A DNA stretch of 64,000 nucleotides from Dehalococcoidia bacterium. GTDB taxonomy: Bacteria > Chloroflexota > Dehalococcoidia > Lucifugimonadales > UBA1123. The position numbers were made by a program, and so were the translations under genes. Location: contig OZ252229.1 of assembly GCA_965249365.1 (NCBI GenBank), positions 234,977-298,976 on the forward strand. Reading direction: 5' to 3'. The notes under the pieces are model-generated. The model was not told the DNA's origin. It ran no database searches and saw only the letters and a program-made list of their open reading frames with translations. Shown one piece after another: positions 26,413 through 36,762 of the stretch (positions are counted from its first letter, which is position 1; every line of letters begins with the position of its first letter).

Positions 26413-26820
26413 ATGGCGATGCGTGAAGAACCTGCGGCTACGCCGGTGTACAGCCGGATACTCGACGTCATCCGGCTGGTCCCCTACGGGCACGTCGCGA
26501 CGTATGGGCAGATCGCGCTGATCGTCGGAGACTGCACGCCTCGGATGGTAGGATACTGTCTCGCATCGCTAGAGTTCGACTCCAACGTCCCGTGGCAGCG
26601 GATAATCAACCACAAGGGGATGGTGAGCCCCCGGAGCAGCGGCCATGGGAGCCAGCTCCAGAGGGAGCTTCTGATAGAAGAAGGGGTGGAGTTCGACGGC
26701 AGCGGTCGGATTAACTTTAGGAGGTTTGGCTGGATAGAGCCGGACCCCGGCCTTTCGACGGGCTCAAGACAGGCTATTCGCCGGGACGACGTAACAGAGA
26801 CCAGCGGCGACTCTGTGTAG
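26413..26820 (+). CDS. alkyltransferase-like protein (ATL; MGMT DNA-binding domain without the catalytic Cys)
   Basis: VPYGHVATYGQIA...VPWQRIINHKGMVS...LLIEEGVEFDGSGRINFRRFGW parallels E. coli YbaZ. It has PWQR in place of PCHR. Confidence 0.85.
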   Translation: MAMREEPAATPVYSRILDVIRLVPYGHVATYGQIALIVGDCTPRMVGYCLASLEFDSNVPWQRIINHKGMVSPRSSGHGSQLQRELLIEEGVEFDGSGRINFRRFGWIEPDPGLSTGSRQAIRRDDVTETSGDSV

Positions 26821-26841
26821 GGAACAAGAGGAGGACGGACA

Positions 26842-27660
26842 ATGCCGGAGGCGCCGGAGATGGAGGTGGTGGCGGAGGTCCTGCAGAAGCGCCTGCCCGG
26901 ACGGTCGATTGCTGCCGCGAACGTGCTGAAGCCTATTGTGCGATCACTGGCGGGTGACCTGGAGCAGGACAGCGTCGGACGCAGATTCGAGTCTGTGGAA
27001 CGCAGGGGGAAGTTCCTGCTGCTCCGGCTGAGCGGAGAACGCCAGGTCGTCATCAATCCGAAGCTGACGGGGGGACTACAGTACGTGCCGAGCAGAACGC
27101 GGGTGCAGAAACGGACGTGCGTCCGATTTCGAGTCGAGGGCGACGTCGATCTCCGCTACACGGACGACCGCCAGATGGGCCAGTTCTACTATGTTCCTCA
27201 AGACGATCTGGGCAAGGTGCCGGGGCTCATGGAGCAGGGCCCGGACGTCCTCGACGAGTTCAGCTTCGAGGAGTTCGAGGAGAGACTGAAGCGGTTCCAT
27301 GGGGAGATCAAGGGCGTTCTGACTAGGGGGCAGGTGATCTCCGGGATCGGCAACGCGTATGCGGACGAGATCCTCTTCGAGGCCGAGGTCTACCCCTTCA
27401 AGCGCCGGAAGGCGCTATCTCAGGAGGAACGCAGGCGAGTTTACGATTGCTCGAAACAGGTGATCCTCGACGCGGCGAACCAGGTAAGGGAGAGGATGGG
27501 TGACAGGATCGACCACAAGATCCGCGACTTCCTCAAGGTCCATAACCGCGGCGGGGAGCCGTGCCCCCGTTGCGGCAGGGCGATCACGGAGCTGCGAGCT
27601 AACCAGCGGATCACCAGCTACTGCAGAGGGTGTCAGCCCGGGATGCTCTTGAGGAACTGA
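26842..27660 (+). CDS. mutM: formamidopyrimidine-DNA glycosylase / Nei family
   Basis: N-terminal MPEAPEMEVV (catalytic Pro2/Glu3), H2TH region, C-terminal zinc finger CPRCG...YCRGCQ. Confidence 0.88.
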   Translation: MPEAPEMEVVAEVLQKRLPGRSIAAANVLKPIVRSLAGDLEQDSVGRRFESVERRGKFLLLRLSGERQVVINPKLTGGLQYVPSRTRVQKRTCVRFRVEGDVDLRYTDDRQMGQFYYVPQDDLGKVPGLMEQGPDVLDEFSFEEFEERLKRFHGEIKGVLTRGQVISGIGNAYADEILFEAEVYPFKRRKALSQEERRRVYDCSKQVILDAANQVRERMGDRIDHKIRDFLKVHNRGGEPCPRCGRAITELRANQRITSYCRGCQPGMLLRN

Positions 27661-27676
27661 TTAGCTTTGTTTGTAT

Positions 27677-27705
27677 TTGACACAGCTTGGGCAACTGAGT
27701 AGAAT
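27677..27705 (+). promoter_or_regulatory. consensus-like promoter TTGACA-17-TAGAAT for the str/ribosomal operon
   Basis: Read directly. About 75 nt upstream of the rpsL ATG. Confidence 0.6.
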
Positions 27706-27781
27706 CACTATTTGTCGTCACTGCGTGACGGCCATTTACTTTCTGCCCACGACGAACGGGCCTCTCAGACAGGATTCAGGT

Positions 27782-28192
27782 ATGCCGACAGTCAATCAGT
27801 TGGTTCGAAAACCGCGCCGCTCCAAGAGCAAGAAAGAGAAGGCGCCCGCGCTGCGGTACTCTTTCAACTCGCTCAAGAACAGGACCGGTAGAGGCTCGGG
27901 CTCACCGCAGAAGCGGGGAGTGTGCGTCCAGGTACGGACGCAGACGCCGAAGAAGCCGAACTCCGCGCTCCGCAAAGTCGCGAGGGTGCGTCTGACGAAC
28001 CAGATGGAGGTCACCGCCTACATCCCAGGAGAGGGCCACAACCTCCAGGAGCACTCGGCTGTGCTGATCCGCGGCGGCCGTGTGAAGGACCTTCCCGGCG
28101 TTCGATATCACGTCGTCCGGGGCGCGCTGGACACTGAGGGTGTCGAGGGTCGCAAACGTGGCCGCAGCAAGTACGGAACGAAGAGAGACTGA
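27782..28192 (+). CDS. rpsL: 30S ribosomal protein S12
   Basis: [12 protein letters not shown]...PQKRGVC...[19 protein letters not shown]...[26 protein letters not shown]. Confidence 0.97.
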   Translation: MPTVNQLVRKPRRSKSKKEKAPALRYSFNSLKNRTGRGSGSPQKRGVCVQVRTQTPKKPNSALRKVARVRLTNQMEVTAYIPGEGHNLQEHSAVLIRGGRVKDLPGVRYHVVRGALDTEGVEGRKRGRSKYGTKRD

Positions 28193-28258
28193 CACCCCGG
28201 GTGTCCGTGCGGAACCCGGGTTCGACAGTAGACTTATAGGAGCTAACAAGGACCGAGC

Positions 28259-28729
28259 ATGGCTCGAAGACGGCGAGCAGAAAAGCGCAGGGTCACGCCT
28301 GACCCAAAGTTCCACAACGTAGAGCTGGCGCAGTTCATCAACAAGATGATGCTGAACGGCAAGAAGACGGTGGCGCAGAAGATCGTCTACGAAGCTCTCG
28401 ACATCGCGTCCAATGAGGTCAGACGGCCGCAGATCGAGGTGTTCGACCAGGCCATTCGCAACACCATGCCGATGGTCGAGGTCAGATCTCGAAGAGTCGG
28501 AGGAGCGACCTACCAGGTGCCAACGGAGGTCCGGCCCGAACGTAGACTGGCGCTCTCGATGCGCTGGATCATTCAAGCGGCCCGCACGAGGCGCGGAAGG
28601 CCGATGGCCCAGCGGCTGTCGGTCGAGCTCGCGGAGGCGGCCCGAGGTCAGGGGACCGCGGTCAAGCGCCGGGAGGACTTATACAGGATGGCCGAGGCGA
28701 ACCGCGCCTTCGCTCACTACAGGTGGTGA
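28259..28729 (+). CDS. rpsG: 30S ribosomal protein S7
   Basis: [42 protein letters not shown]. Confidence 0.97.
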   Translation: MARRRRAEKRRVTPDPKFHNVELAQFINKMMLNGKKTVAQKIVYEALDIASNEVRRPQIEVFDQAIRNTMPMVEVRSRRVGGATYQVPTEVRPERRLALSMRWIIQAARTRRGRPMAQRLSVELAEAARGQGTAVKRREDLYRMAEANRAFAHYRW

Positions 28730-28827
28730 CGAAGAAAAACACAAGATTCGCCCTTCCATAAGCAACCGGGGATTTGGCAGAATGTAGCGTTCGTTCGACC
28801 TCAATACGCAATCGAAGAAGTGACGTC

Positions 28828-28862
28828 GCTGTAGGGGCGGGTTGACAGCCCGCCCCTACAGC
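28828..28862. repeat. 14-bp perfect-stem hairpin GCTGTAGGGGCGGG-ttgacag-CCCGCCCCTACAGC in the rpsG-fusA spacer
   Basis: Read directly. The loop heptamer ttgacag recurs at 28865-28871. Belongs to the GGGGCGG/CCGCCCC hairpin family. Confidence 0.8.
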
Positions 28863-28940
28863 GGTTGACAGGGGTGGATTATCCGGAGGCCGAGCGGCCT
28901 CGGACCCACGGAGAAATCGCCCCCGAAACTATCAGAGAAC

Positions 28941-31001
28941 ATGAGCACCGCAGTACTGGAAAACACCCGCAACATCGGGTTCATAGCACACATCGACGCT
29001 GGTAAGACCACGGTCACCGAGCGCGTACTCTATTTCGGCGGACGGATCTACAAGATCGGCGGCGTCGACGAGGGCACGACCGCGATGGACTGGATGGACC
29101 AGGAGCGGGAGCGTGGGATTACGATCACGTCCGCGGCGACGACCTGCACCTGGAAACAGTACACCGTCAACATCATAGACACCCCCGGACACGTCGACTT
29201 TACCGCCGAAGTTGAGCGGAGCCTCCGGATCCTCGATGGCGCGGTCGTCGTCATCGACGCGGTCGCCGGCGTCCAGCCTCAATCAGAGACGGTATGGCGT
29301 CAGGCTGACCGATACACGGTCCCCAGAATCTGCTTCATCAACAAGATGGACAGAGTCGGGGCGGACTACTTCAACGCGATGGACACGATCGCCCATCGAC
29401 TTGGTGCGAATCCTGTCGCGATTCAGATTCCGATCGGGGTGGAGGACGACTTTCAGGGAGTTATAGACCTCATCGACGAGAAGGCCGTGGTCTACGAGGG
29501 CGACGGCCTTGTTGTTCCTCGCGAGGGGCCTGTTCCCGAGGAGATGATCGAGGAGTTCAGGATCTACCGCAACGTGCTGGTGGAGAAGGTCTCAGAGACC
29601 GACGACGAGCTCATCGTCAAGTATCTCGAAGAAGAGGAGATAACCAAGGAGGACATTAAGCGTGCGCTCCGACGGGCGACGCTTGACTGTAAGATCGTCC
29701 CTGTCACCTGCGGTACCGCGCTACGACACCGCGGCATTCAACCCCTCCTCGACTCCATCGGCGACTACCTCCCCTCCCCTCTCGACGTTCCTCCCACCGA
29801 GGGCCATGCCTACAAGACAGGCGAACCCCTATCAAGACACCCCTCCTTCTCAGAAGCACCCCTCGCCGCCCTTGCCTTCAAGACCGTAGCGGACCCGTAC
29901 ATCGGTCGGCTGGTCTACTTCAGGGTCTATTCGGGGAGCGCCGAAAGCGGCTCGATGGTGTTCAACGCGACCAAGGGCCGGAGGGAACGTCTCGGCCGCC
30001 TAGTTCAGATGCACGCTAACCGGCGCGAAGAGATCGAGGAAGTCACCGCTGGCCAGATCGTGGCGGCGGTGGGCCTCAAGCACACCACGACCGGCGACAC
30101 GATTTGCGGGAGCCGGAGCGACGCCGTCGTCCTCGAGGCGATCACCTTCCCGGACCCGGTCGTATCGGTTGCGATTGAGCCCAGGTCGAGGTCCGATCAG
30201 GACAAGCTGGCGGGGTCGCTGGTCAGCATGGCCGACGAGGACCCCACGTTTAAGGTCGCCTACGACGACGAGACGGGGCAGACAGTGATCTCAGGCATGG
30301 GAGAGCTGCACCTCGACGTGATCGTCAACCGCATCAAACGAGAGTTCGACGTCGAGGGCAACGTGGGCCGGCCGAGGGTCGCCTACCGCGAGACGCTGAC
30401 TACGCCGTCGAGGGCTGAGGGTCGATTCGTTCGCCAGACGGGCGGTCACGGCCAGTACGGTCACGTGTGGATGGAGGCGGAACCGCTCGAGCGCGGCGCC
30501 GGAATCCAGTTCGAAAATCGAATCAGAGGCGGCGCGATCCCGAACGAGTTCATTCCGTCGGTTGAAAGCGGCGCGCGCGAGGCGCTGACGACTGGACCTC
30601 TTTCCGGGTTCCCGGTCGTCGATATGAAGATGACGCTGGTGGACGGCTCTTTTCACGACGTCGACTCCTCGAACATGAGCTTTCAGATTGCGGGATCGAT
30701 GGCCGCCAAGGCGCTCGTCACCCGCGGCAGCCCAGTCTTGCTGGAACCGATGATGAAGCTGGAAGTCGTGACGCCGGGCGAGTTCCTGGGTGACGTCCTC
30801 GGAGACCTCGGTCGACGCAGGGCGCAGATCAGAAACATCGAGGGCCAGGGCGACATCCAGTCCGTGAAGGCGGAGTTGCCGCTCGCGGAGAGCTTCGGGT
30901 ACGCGAATGCGATCAGATCGCTGACGCAGGGTCGCGCCAGTTACACATTGGAATTCGACAACTACGCGGAGGTCCCGCGGGAACTTGTGGGGAGTAGCTA
31001 G
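28941..31001 (+). CDS. fusA: elongation factor G
   Basis: [21 protein letters not shown]...[13 protein letters not shown]..., 686 aa, standard position after rpsG. Confidence 0.97.
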   Translation: MSTAVLENTRNIGFIAHIDAGKTTVTERVLYFGGRIYKIGGVDEGTTAMDWMDQERERGITITSAATTCTWKQYTVNIIDTPGHVDFTAEVERSLRILDGAVVVIDAVAGVQPQSETVWRQADRYTVPRICFINKMDRVGADYFNAMDTIAHRLGANPVAIQIPIGVEDDFQGVIDLIDEKAVVYEGDGLVVPREGPVPEEMIEEFRIYRNVLVEKVSETDDELIVKYLEEEEITKEDIKRALRRATLDCKIVPVTCGTALRHRGIQPLLDSIGDYLPSPLDVPPTEGHAYKTGEPLSRHPSFSEAPLAALAFKTVADPYIGRLVYFRVYSGSAESGSMVFNATKGRRERLGRLVQMHANRREEIEEVTAGQIVAAVGLKHTTTGDTICGSRSDAVVLEAITFPDPVVSVAIEPRSRSDQDKLAGSLVSMADEDPTFKVAYDDETGQTVISGMGELHLDVIVNRIKREFDVEGNVGRPRVAYRETLTTPSRAEGRFVRQTGGHGQYGHVWMEAEPLERGAGIQFENRIRGGAIPNEFIPSVESGAREALTTGPLSGFPVVDMKMTLVDGSFHDVDSSNMSFQIAGSMAAKALVTRGSPVLLEPMMKLEVVTPGEFLGDVLGDLGRRRAQIRNIEGQGDIQSVKAELPLAESFGYANAIRSLTQGRASYTLEFDNYAEVPRELVGSS

Positions 31002-31008
31002 TGGCTAA

Positions 31009-31341
31009 ATGGAGCGGCAGCCGATGGTAACCGACAGCGGCCAGAAGATTCGGATCATCCTGAAGGCGTACGACCACCGGATCCTCGACCAGTCCGCTGG
31101 CCAGATCGTCGAGGCGGCCGAGCGCACCGGAGCCCGGGTTTCAGGGCCGGTGCCGCTGCCGACCTCAATCAAACGGTTCTGCGTCATCAGGTCTCCACAC
31201 ATCGACAAGGACTCCAGAGAGCACTTCGAGATAAGGACGCACAATCGGTTGGTCGACATCCTGGAGCCGACGTCCAAGACGATCGACCAGCTTACGAGGC
31301 TGAATGTTCCGGCCGGCGTTGACATACAGATCAAGTTGTAG
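31009..31341 (+). CDS. rpsJ: 30S ribosomal protein S10
   Basis: [24 protein letters not shown]. An alternative ATG at 31024 has the better GGAG spacing. Confidence 0.95.
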   Translation: MERQPMVTDSGQKIRIILKAYDHRILDQSAGQIVEAAERTGARVSGPVPLPTSIKRFCVIRSPHIDKDSREHFEIRTHNRLVDILEPTSKTIDQLTRLNVPAGVDIQIKL

Positions 31342-31378
31342 ACGGAGTTCGCGGGCGAAGTGCCCGGATGCCAGGAAG

Positions 31379-32035
31379 ATGCCAGTACACGGAATCATAG
31401 GAAGAAAGATCGGAATGACGCAGATGTTCCGCGACGACGGCAGGTCGGACGCGGTCACCGTCATTCAGGCCGGTCCCTGCACCGTTACGCAGATCAAGAC
31501 CGAGGAGACCGACGGCTACATCGGCGTCCAGCTTGGCTTCGAGCAGACGACCCGGCTGTCGCGGCCCCGAGCGGGGCATTTGAAGGACATCGACGGGAGC
31601 TTTCGGATCCTGCGAGAGTTCGGCGTCGACGACATCGATGACGTCGAGCTCGGACAGCAGGTCGACGTTAGCCTGTTCGAGGCCGGAGACCTCGTCGACG
31701 CGACGGCGCGTGCCAAGGGCCGCGGGTTCCAGGGAGGCGTCAAACGCCACAACTTCCGGGGTGGACCCAAGACGCACGGCCAGTCGGACCGGCACCGGGC
31801 GCCAGGGTCGATCGGCGCCGGCACCACGCCGGGCAAGGTTATCAAAGGCCTGCGAATGGCCGGTCACATGGGCGACAACCGCGTAACGGTGCGAAAGCTG
31901 GAGGTCCTCGAGACCGATCCCGAACGCAATCTGCTGTTCGTTAAGGGCGCGGTGCCGGGCTCGCGAAACTCGCTGGTTCTCTTCAAGAGATCGGGCAGCC
32001 GCAAGCACAAGCTACGGAGAGCGATAGGAACCTGA
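31379..32035 (+). CDS. rplC: 50S ribosomal protein L3
   Basis: MPVHGIIGRKIGMTQMF; ATG at 31379. Confidence 0.95.
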   Translation: MPVHGIIGRKIGMTQMFRDDGRSDAVTVIQAGPCTVTQIKTEETDGYIGVQLGFEQTTRLSRPRAGHLKDIDGSFRILREFGVDDIDDVELGQQVDVSLFEAGDLVDATARAKGRGFQGGVKRHNFRGGPKTHGQSDRHRAPGSIGAGTTPGKVIKGLRMAGHMGDNRVTVRKLEVLETDPERNLLFVKGAVPGSRNSLVLFKRSGSRKHKLRRAIGT

Positions 32036-32084
32036 ATCGTACGGCGGCAGTGCCGCCGCGAAACATCGTCGAGAGAAGGCCGAA

Positions 32085-32765
32085 GTGAAGCTACAGGTCA
32101 GAAACACAAGCGGTGTCCAAACGCGTCACATCGACGTCAGGGACGACGTGTTCGGCGCCAGCGTGAATCCCGCGCTTGTTCACCAGGTCCTGGTGGGACA
32201 GCTCGCGAACCGGAGACAGGGGACCGCCAGCACCAGGACCCGAGGTGAGAAGTCGGGCGGCGGCGCAAAGCCGCGACCACAGAAGCACACCGGACGTGCC
32301 CGGGCGGGCACCATCAGGTCGCCCATCTGGAAGGGTGGCGGCGTGACGTTCGGCCCCAAGCCAAGGAGCTATCGCCACAACACTCCAAAGCAGATGCGTA
32401 GAGGCGCGCTGATCAGCGCGCTTTCGGGCAAGGTCGAGGATGGCAGCATCGTCGTTGTCGAAGACCTTAACCTGACCGAGTCGAAGACTAGGAACGTACG
32501 CCAGGCACTCAGCAGCCTCAATGCCGGGCCGTCGGTACTTCTAGTCGCCGACGGCGCCACGCAGGAGACGCTCAGGGCCGCGCGAAACATCCCAAGACTA
32601 ACGATGGCGCCGAGTCACACGCTCAGCGTCATCGACCTCCTCAGTCATCGCACGGTGGTGCTTACAGTCGAAGCGGTTAGAAACGTCGAGTCGATCTGGG
32701 GCGGCAGGTTCGAGCGCCGGAGGACGCGCGATGCGGAGCTAGAACTTGTGGGCGAGGGGGAGTAG
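32085..32765 (+). CDS. rplD: 50S ribosomal protein L4
   Basis: Operon position and ...ANRRQGTASTRTRGEKSGGGAKPRPQKHTGRARAGTIRSPIWKGGGVTFGP. Confidence 0.95.
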   Translation: MKLQVRNTSGVQTRHIDVRDDVFGASVNPALVHQVLVGQLANRRQGTASTRTRGEKSGGGAKPRPQKHTGRARAGTIRSPIWKGGGVTFGPKPRSYRHNTPKQMRRGALISALSGKVEDGSIVVVEDLNLTESKTRNVRQALSSLNAGPSVLLVADGATQETLRAARNIPRLTMAPSHTLSVIDLLSHRTVVLTVEAVRNVESIWGGRFERRRTRDAELELVGEGE

Positions 32766-32768
32766 ACG

Positions 32769-33059
32769 ATGGGCCTCCATCCATTTGAGATCATCCGTCG
32801 CCCGGTCGTGACCGAGAAGAGCACGCTGATGCATGACGACGACCGCTACACCTTTGAGGTGGCGTCCTCGGCGACCAAGCATCAGGTGAAGTCGGCCGTT
32901 GAAGAGGCGTTCAACGTCCAGGTGCTCTGGGTCAACACTATGATGGTGCGCGGCAAGCGAAGACGATTCGGACCGCGCTTCAATGAAGGACGGTCCTGGA
33001 AGAAAGCTGTAGTGCAGCTAGCGCCCGGAAACTCCATAACGATATTCGAGGGTGTCTAA
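32769..33059 (+). CDS. rplW: 50S ribosomal protein L23
   Basis: [12 protein letters not shown]...YTFEV...[16 protein letters not shown]. Confidence 0.95.
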   Translation: MGLHPFEIIRRPVVTEKSTLMHDDDRYTFEVASSATKHQVKSAVEEAFNVQVLWVNTMMVRGKRRRFGPRFNEGRSWKKAVVQLAPGNSITIFEGV

Positions 33060-33061
33060 AC

Positions 33062-33892
33062 ATGCCTCTTAGAGTTCAAAAGCCAATGACCGCGGGCCAG
33101 CGAGGCCAGATACGTCAGACGACTGACGACATCACCACCTCTAGCCCAAAGAAGTCGCTGCTTAAGCCGCTGAAGAAGCGTTCAGGCAGGAACAACACTG
33201 GCCGGATCACGGTTCGTCACCGGGGCGGCGGACACAAACGCAGATATCGGGTGATCGACTTCAAACGGAACAAGCCCGACGTACCGGGTGAGGTTGTCTC
33301 GATCGAGTACGACCCGAATCGCTCGGCGAGAATCGCACTGATAAAGTACGCCGATGGCGACTGGCGTTACATCCTGGCCCCCAACGGCCTCGAAGTCGGC
33401 GCCACGGTCGAGGCCGGAGAGCGGGCCGCAATCAGAACGGGTAACTCTCTGCCACTCAGGGCGATCCCCGCCGGTACGCAGGTCCACAACGTGGAGCTGC
33501 ACCCGGGCAAGGGCGGACAGATCGTCCGCGGCGCGGGCACCAGCGCACAGGTGCTTGCAAAGGAGGGACGGTACACGCTTTTGAGACTGCCGTCCGGCGA
33601 GATGCGCAACGTGCTGAGCGACTGCATGGCTACGGTCGGTCAACTCAGCGCGCTGGACCACAAGAACACTAAGCTTGGGAAGGCGGGACGCACGCGGCAC
33701 CTCGGTCGGAGACCCCAGGTACGCGGCCTCGCCATGTCCCCCAGAGACCACCCGCACGGAGGCGGCGAGGGCCGCTCTTCGATCGGCATGCCCGGCCCGA
33801 AGACGCCTTGGGGCCGGCCCGCGCTGGGTCCGCGGACCCGGAGGAACAAGCGGACCGACAGGTTTATCGTCAGGAGAAGGTACCAGAGGTAA
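33062..33892 (+). CDS. rplB: 50S ribosomal protein L2
   Basis: [28 protein letters not shown]...HPHGGGEG. Confidence 0.97.
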   Translation: MPLRVQKPMTAGQRGQIRQTTDDITTSSPKKSLLKPLKKRSGRNNTGRITVRHRGGGHKRRYRVIDFKRNKPDVPGEVVSIEYDPNRSARIALIKYADGDWRYILAPNGLEVGATVEAGERAAIRTGNSLPLRAIPAGTQVHNVELHPGKGGQIVRGAGTSAQVLAKEGRYTLLRLPSGEMRNVLSDCMATVGQLSALDHKNTKLGKAGRTRHLGRRPQVRGLAMSPRDHPHGGGEGRSSIGMPGPKTPWGRPALGPRTRRNKRTDRFIVRRRYQR

Positions 33893-33956
33893 CCAGACAT
33901 ACGTTCGTCCTTCGACTAAGCTCAGGACGAACGCTCGAAGTGAATAGGACGAGACA

Positions 33957-34241
33957 ATGTCAAGGTCAGTAAAGAAGGGGCCATACGTACACGAGAAGCT
34001 GGCAAAGAAAGTCGATTCCGCGAGGCGAACGAACTCGCAGCAGGTGATTCGGACCTGGTCGCGGGCGTCGACGATCATGCCGGACATGCTCGGTATGACG
34101 ATCGCCATCCACGATGGCCGTCGTCACGTCCCCCTGTTCATCACTGAGAACATGGTCGGACACAAACTCGGAGAGTTCGCTCCAACGAGGACGTTCAGGG
34201 GTCACTCTTCCAAGTCCGAGCGCGCGTCGTCGGTGAGATAG
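33957..34241 (+). CDS. rpsS: 30S ribosomal protein S19
   Basis: [11 protein letters not shown]...[30 protein letters not shown]. Confidence 0.97.
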   Translation: MSRSVKKGPYVHEKLAKKVDSARRTNSQQVIRTWSRASTIMPDMLGMTIAIHDGRRHVPLFITENMVGHKLGEFAPTRTFRGHSSKSERASSVR

Positions 34242-34250
34242 GGTCATCCA

Positions 34251-34592
34251 GTGCCAGTAAGCGCAACCTCCAAGAACACAGGGATATCGGTCAAGAAGCT
34301 CTTGCCGATCGTCGATCTCGTCCGCGGGAAGAACGTCGAAGAAGCACTGAACATGCTGGAGTTCCTACCGTCGCCGGCGGCGGCGCGGGTGGCGAAGGTG
34401 GTGCAGTCCGCGGCGGCAAACGCCGAGAACGAGATCTTCGCCCGTCCCAACGACCTGACGATCACGGAGATATACGCAAATGAAGGGCCGCGGACGAAGC
34501 GGTTCCGTCCGAGGGCGCGAGGACGCGCCTCGAGGATAATAAGGCGAAACAGCCACATTACGGTGGTTGTCGATGAAAACGAGGAGCTCTAG
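34251..34592 (+). CDS. rplV: 50S ribosomal protein L22
   Basis: [26 protein letters not shown]......A..V.K...SA.ANAE; GTG start. Confidence 0.95.
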   Translation: MPVSATSKNTGISVKKLLPIVDLVRGKNVEEALNMLEFLPSPAAARVAKVVQSAAANAENEIFARPNDLTITEIYANEGPRTKRFRPRARGRASRIIRRNSHITVVVDENEEL

Positions 34593-34593
34593 C

Positions 34594-35745
34594 GTGGGGC
34601 AAAAGACTCACCCGATAGGATTCAGGCTCGGCATCGTTAAGGAGTGGCAGGCGCGGTGGTTCGCTGACAAGCAGCAGGACTATCGCGGCCTCGTCTATGA
34701 AGACCTCCAGATTCGCGACCGGATCAAGCTGAACTACCCTGACGCGGGCATCTCGCGAGTCGAGATCGAGCGCAGCGACAGCGACGTCACGGTCACAGTT
34801 CACACGTCCCGTCCGGGAATCGTGATCGGACGAGGTGGACAGCGCGTGGACGAGCTTCGCAAGGACCTAGAAAGCCTGATGCGCCGGCGCACCAGGATAA
34901 ACGTCCAGGAGATCCGCCAGCCGGAGCTGGACGCGTTCCTGGTAGCAAGAAACGTCGCAGACCAACTCGAGCGGAGGATCGCTTTCAGACGGGCGATACG
35001 CCAGACACTGGGGCGGACTATGCAGGCCGGCGCCCAGGGGATCAAGATCATCTGTGCCGGCCGGCTGGGCGGCGCGGACATTGCCAGGTCCGAGAAGGCG
35101 ATGGAGGGCCGCGTCCCGCTGCACACGCTGCGCGCCGACATCGACTATGGCCTCGCTGAGGCCGCGACCGAGTTCGGTCGCATCGGGGTGAAGGTGTGGA
35201 TCTACAAGGGCGACATTCTGCCTGAGGCCGCGCCTGAGCCGGAGATTGAGGAAGAGATCTCGCCGATCGAGGTAACTCTGACGGCGAACCCCGATCCCCT
35301 GCCGGAACCCGTAGCGACGCCGGCGCCGCTAGCGACTCCAACGCCAGTAGCTCCGCCGGCCTCAGTGGCGCCGGTAGCACCAGTAGCTCCACCGGCGCAA
35401 GTCGCACCCGCGGCGCCAGCCGCTCCGCCGGCCACTGTCTCCAGGGCACCCGCGGCCGCGGAGGTCGCGCCGCCAGCAGTGGCGCCGCCAGCGGAACAGC
35501 CCGCAGCGGAGGACGCGCCGGCAGCAGTCGAGCCGCCACCGGAACAGCCCGTAGCGGAGGACGCGCCGGCAGCAGTTGAGCCGCCACCGGAACAGCCCGT
35601 AGCGGAGGACGCGCCGGCAGCAGTCGAGCCGCCACCGGAACAGCCCGTAGCGGAGGACGCGCCGGCAGCAGTCGAGCCGCCCAAAGAGGTCGAGCAGGAG
35701 CCAGCGCAAGAGGCGGAGAGCGATGCTTCAACCGAACAGAGTTAA
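34594..35745 (+). CDS. rpsC: 30S ribosomal protein S3 with a ~170-aa Ala/Pro/Glu-rich C-terminal extension
   Basis: GTG 34594 gives [22 protein letters not shown]... The canonical S3 core ends near ...[13 protein letters not shown] (~35225). The remainder is low-complexity. Confidence 0.93.
   Translation: MGQKTHPIGFRLGIVKEWQARWFADKQQDYRGLVYEDLQIRDRIKLNYPDAGISRVEIERSDSDVTVTVHTSRPGIVIGRGGQRVDELRKDLESLMRRRTRINVQEIRQPELDAFLVARNVADQLERRIAFRRAIRQTLGRTMQAGAQGIKIICAGRLGGADIARSEKAMEGRVPLHTLRADIDYGLAEAATEFGRIGVKVWIYKGDILPEAAPEPEIEEEISPIEVTLTANPDPLPEPVATPAPLATPTPVAPPASVAPVAPVAPPAQVAPAAPAAPPATVSRAPAAAEVAPPAVAPPAEQPAAEDAPAAVEPPPEQPVAEDAPAAVEPPPEQPVAEDAPAAVEPPPEQPVAEDAPAAVEPPKEVEQEPAQEAESDASTEQS
35484..35675 (+). 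repeat. 4 x 48-bp near-perfect tandem repeat inside rpsC (PP(A/P)EQP(A/V)AEDAPAAVE)
   Basis: Units start at 35484, 35532, 35580 and 35628. Only a few substitutions separate the units. Confidence 0.95.
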
Positions 35746-36136
35746 ATACAGAAACATGCACCGCGGCCGCCGCAAGGGCATCGCGGTCGCGGGGAGCCGG
35801 ATCAACTTCGGCGAGTACGGGTTGAAGGCGACCGAATCCGCGTGGGTTACGTCGAGACAGATCGAAGCGGCGCGGCGCGCGATGACGCGGTACGCCCGCC
35901 GCGGCGGGAAGCTCTGGATTCGAATCTTTCCGGACAAGAGCGTCACCGCACGAGCCGCGGAGACCAGGATGGGCAGCGGTAAGGGCGTGGTCGATCACTG
36001 GGTCGCCGTCGTGAAGCCCGGACGAGTGCTGTTCGAGATCGCCGGCGTTCCCGAGCCCACGGCCAGAGAGGCACTGCGGCTCGCGTCGTCGAAGCTGCCG
36101 ATGGGTACGAGGATCGTGTCGCGCCACGCGGCATAG
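35723..36136 (+). CDS. rplP: 50S ribosomal protein L16
   Basis: [19 protein letters not shown]...; overlaps the rpsC tail by 23 nt. Confidence 0.96.
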   Translation: MLQPNRVKYRNMHRGRRKGIAVAGSRINFGEYGLKATESAWVTSRQIEAARRAMTRYARRGGKLWIRIFPDKSVTARAAETRMGSGKGVVDHWVAVVKPGRVLFEIAGVPEPTAREALRLASSKLPMGTRIVSRHAA

Positions 36137-36220
36137 TAGAGGTATCGCGAGAGTCTGATCTGAAGGATAGAGATGTTTCTCCGCCCGGCGGACCAGAATG
36201 ACAAAGAATGAGGCTATGAG

Positions 36221-36421
36221 ATGGCAGTAGATGATCTGAGGGGGATGTCCCCCGAGGACCTCGATTCTGAGCTTTACGAGACGAGACGGGAGCTCATGAA
36301 TCTCCGATTCAGGGCGGCGACGATGCAGCTCGCGGACGTGAACGAGATCAATCGCGCCAAGAAGCGGGTCGCGCAGATCTTGACGGTAATGCGGGAGCGC
36401 GAGCTCGAGAGTGTGACCTGA
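36221..36421 (+). CDS. rpmC: 50S ribosomal protein L29
   Basis: Position and ...[15 protein letters not shown]....EI...KK.VA. Confidence 0.93.
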   Translation: MAVDDLRGMSPEDLDSELYETRRELMNLRFRAATMQLADVNEINRAKKRVAQILTVMRERELESVT

Positions 36422-36759
36422 TGAGCTACGAACGTAGAAAAGTACGGGTCGGTCGGGTGGTCAGCGACAAGATGGACAAGACTGTCGTGGTCGTGTACGA
36501 ATGGACCCAGCCTCATCCGATCTACAAGAAGGCGGTGCGGCGCCAGACGAAGTTCTACGCCCACGACGAGGACAATCGTTGCAGCCTCGGTGATACGGTG
36601 AGGATCATCGAGTCGAGGCCGTATTCGAAGACCAAGAGGTGGAAAGTCGCTGAGATTCTTTCGAGCACCGAGATCGCGGAGGTCCAGCCGGAGGATATCC
36701 AGATGGACGAGGACGTGATGTCGGCCGCGGCGACGTCGGCTTCACAAGGGGCGGAATAA
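36421..36759 (+). CDS. rpsQ: 30S ribosomal protein S17 (with a ~25-aa acidic tail)
   Basis: [23 protein letters not shown]...HPIYKK...KFYAHDE....LGD.V.I.E.RP.SK.KRW. Confidence 0.95.
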   Translation: MSYERRKVRVGRVVSDKMDKTVVVVYEWTQPHPIYKKAVRRQTKFYAHDEDNRCSLGDTVRIIESRPYSKTKRWKVAEILSSTEIAEVQPEDIQMDEDVMSAAATSASQGAE

Positions 36760-36762
36760 GAG

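Noticed and set aside
28865-28890. TTGACA at 28865 as an internal promoter for fusA
   Set aside because: No acceptable -10 hexamer lies at 16-19 nt spacing. The heptamer is more simply a duplicate of the hairpin loop sequence.
33182-34108. 308-aa minus-strand ORF
   Set aside because: It lies antisense to rplB and rpsS and has no motifs.
35048-36127. 359-aa minus-strand ORF plus several other long ORFs across 35.2-35.7 kb
   Set aside because: It lies antisense or out of frame to rpsC and rplP. The open frames are a by-product of the GC-rich Ala/Pro repeat DNA.
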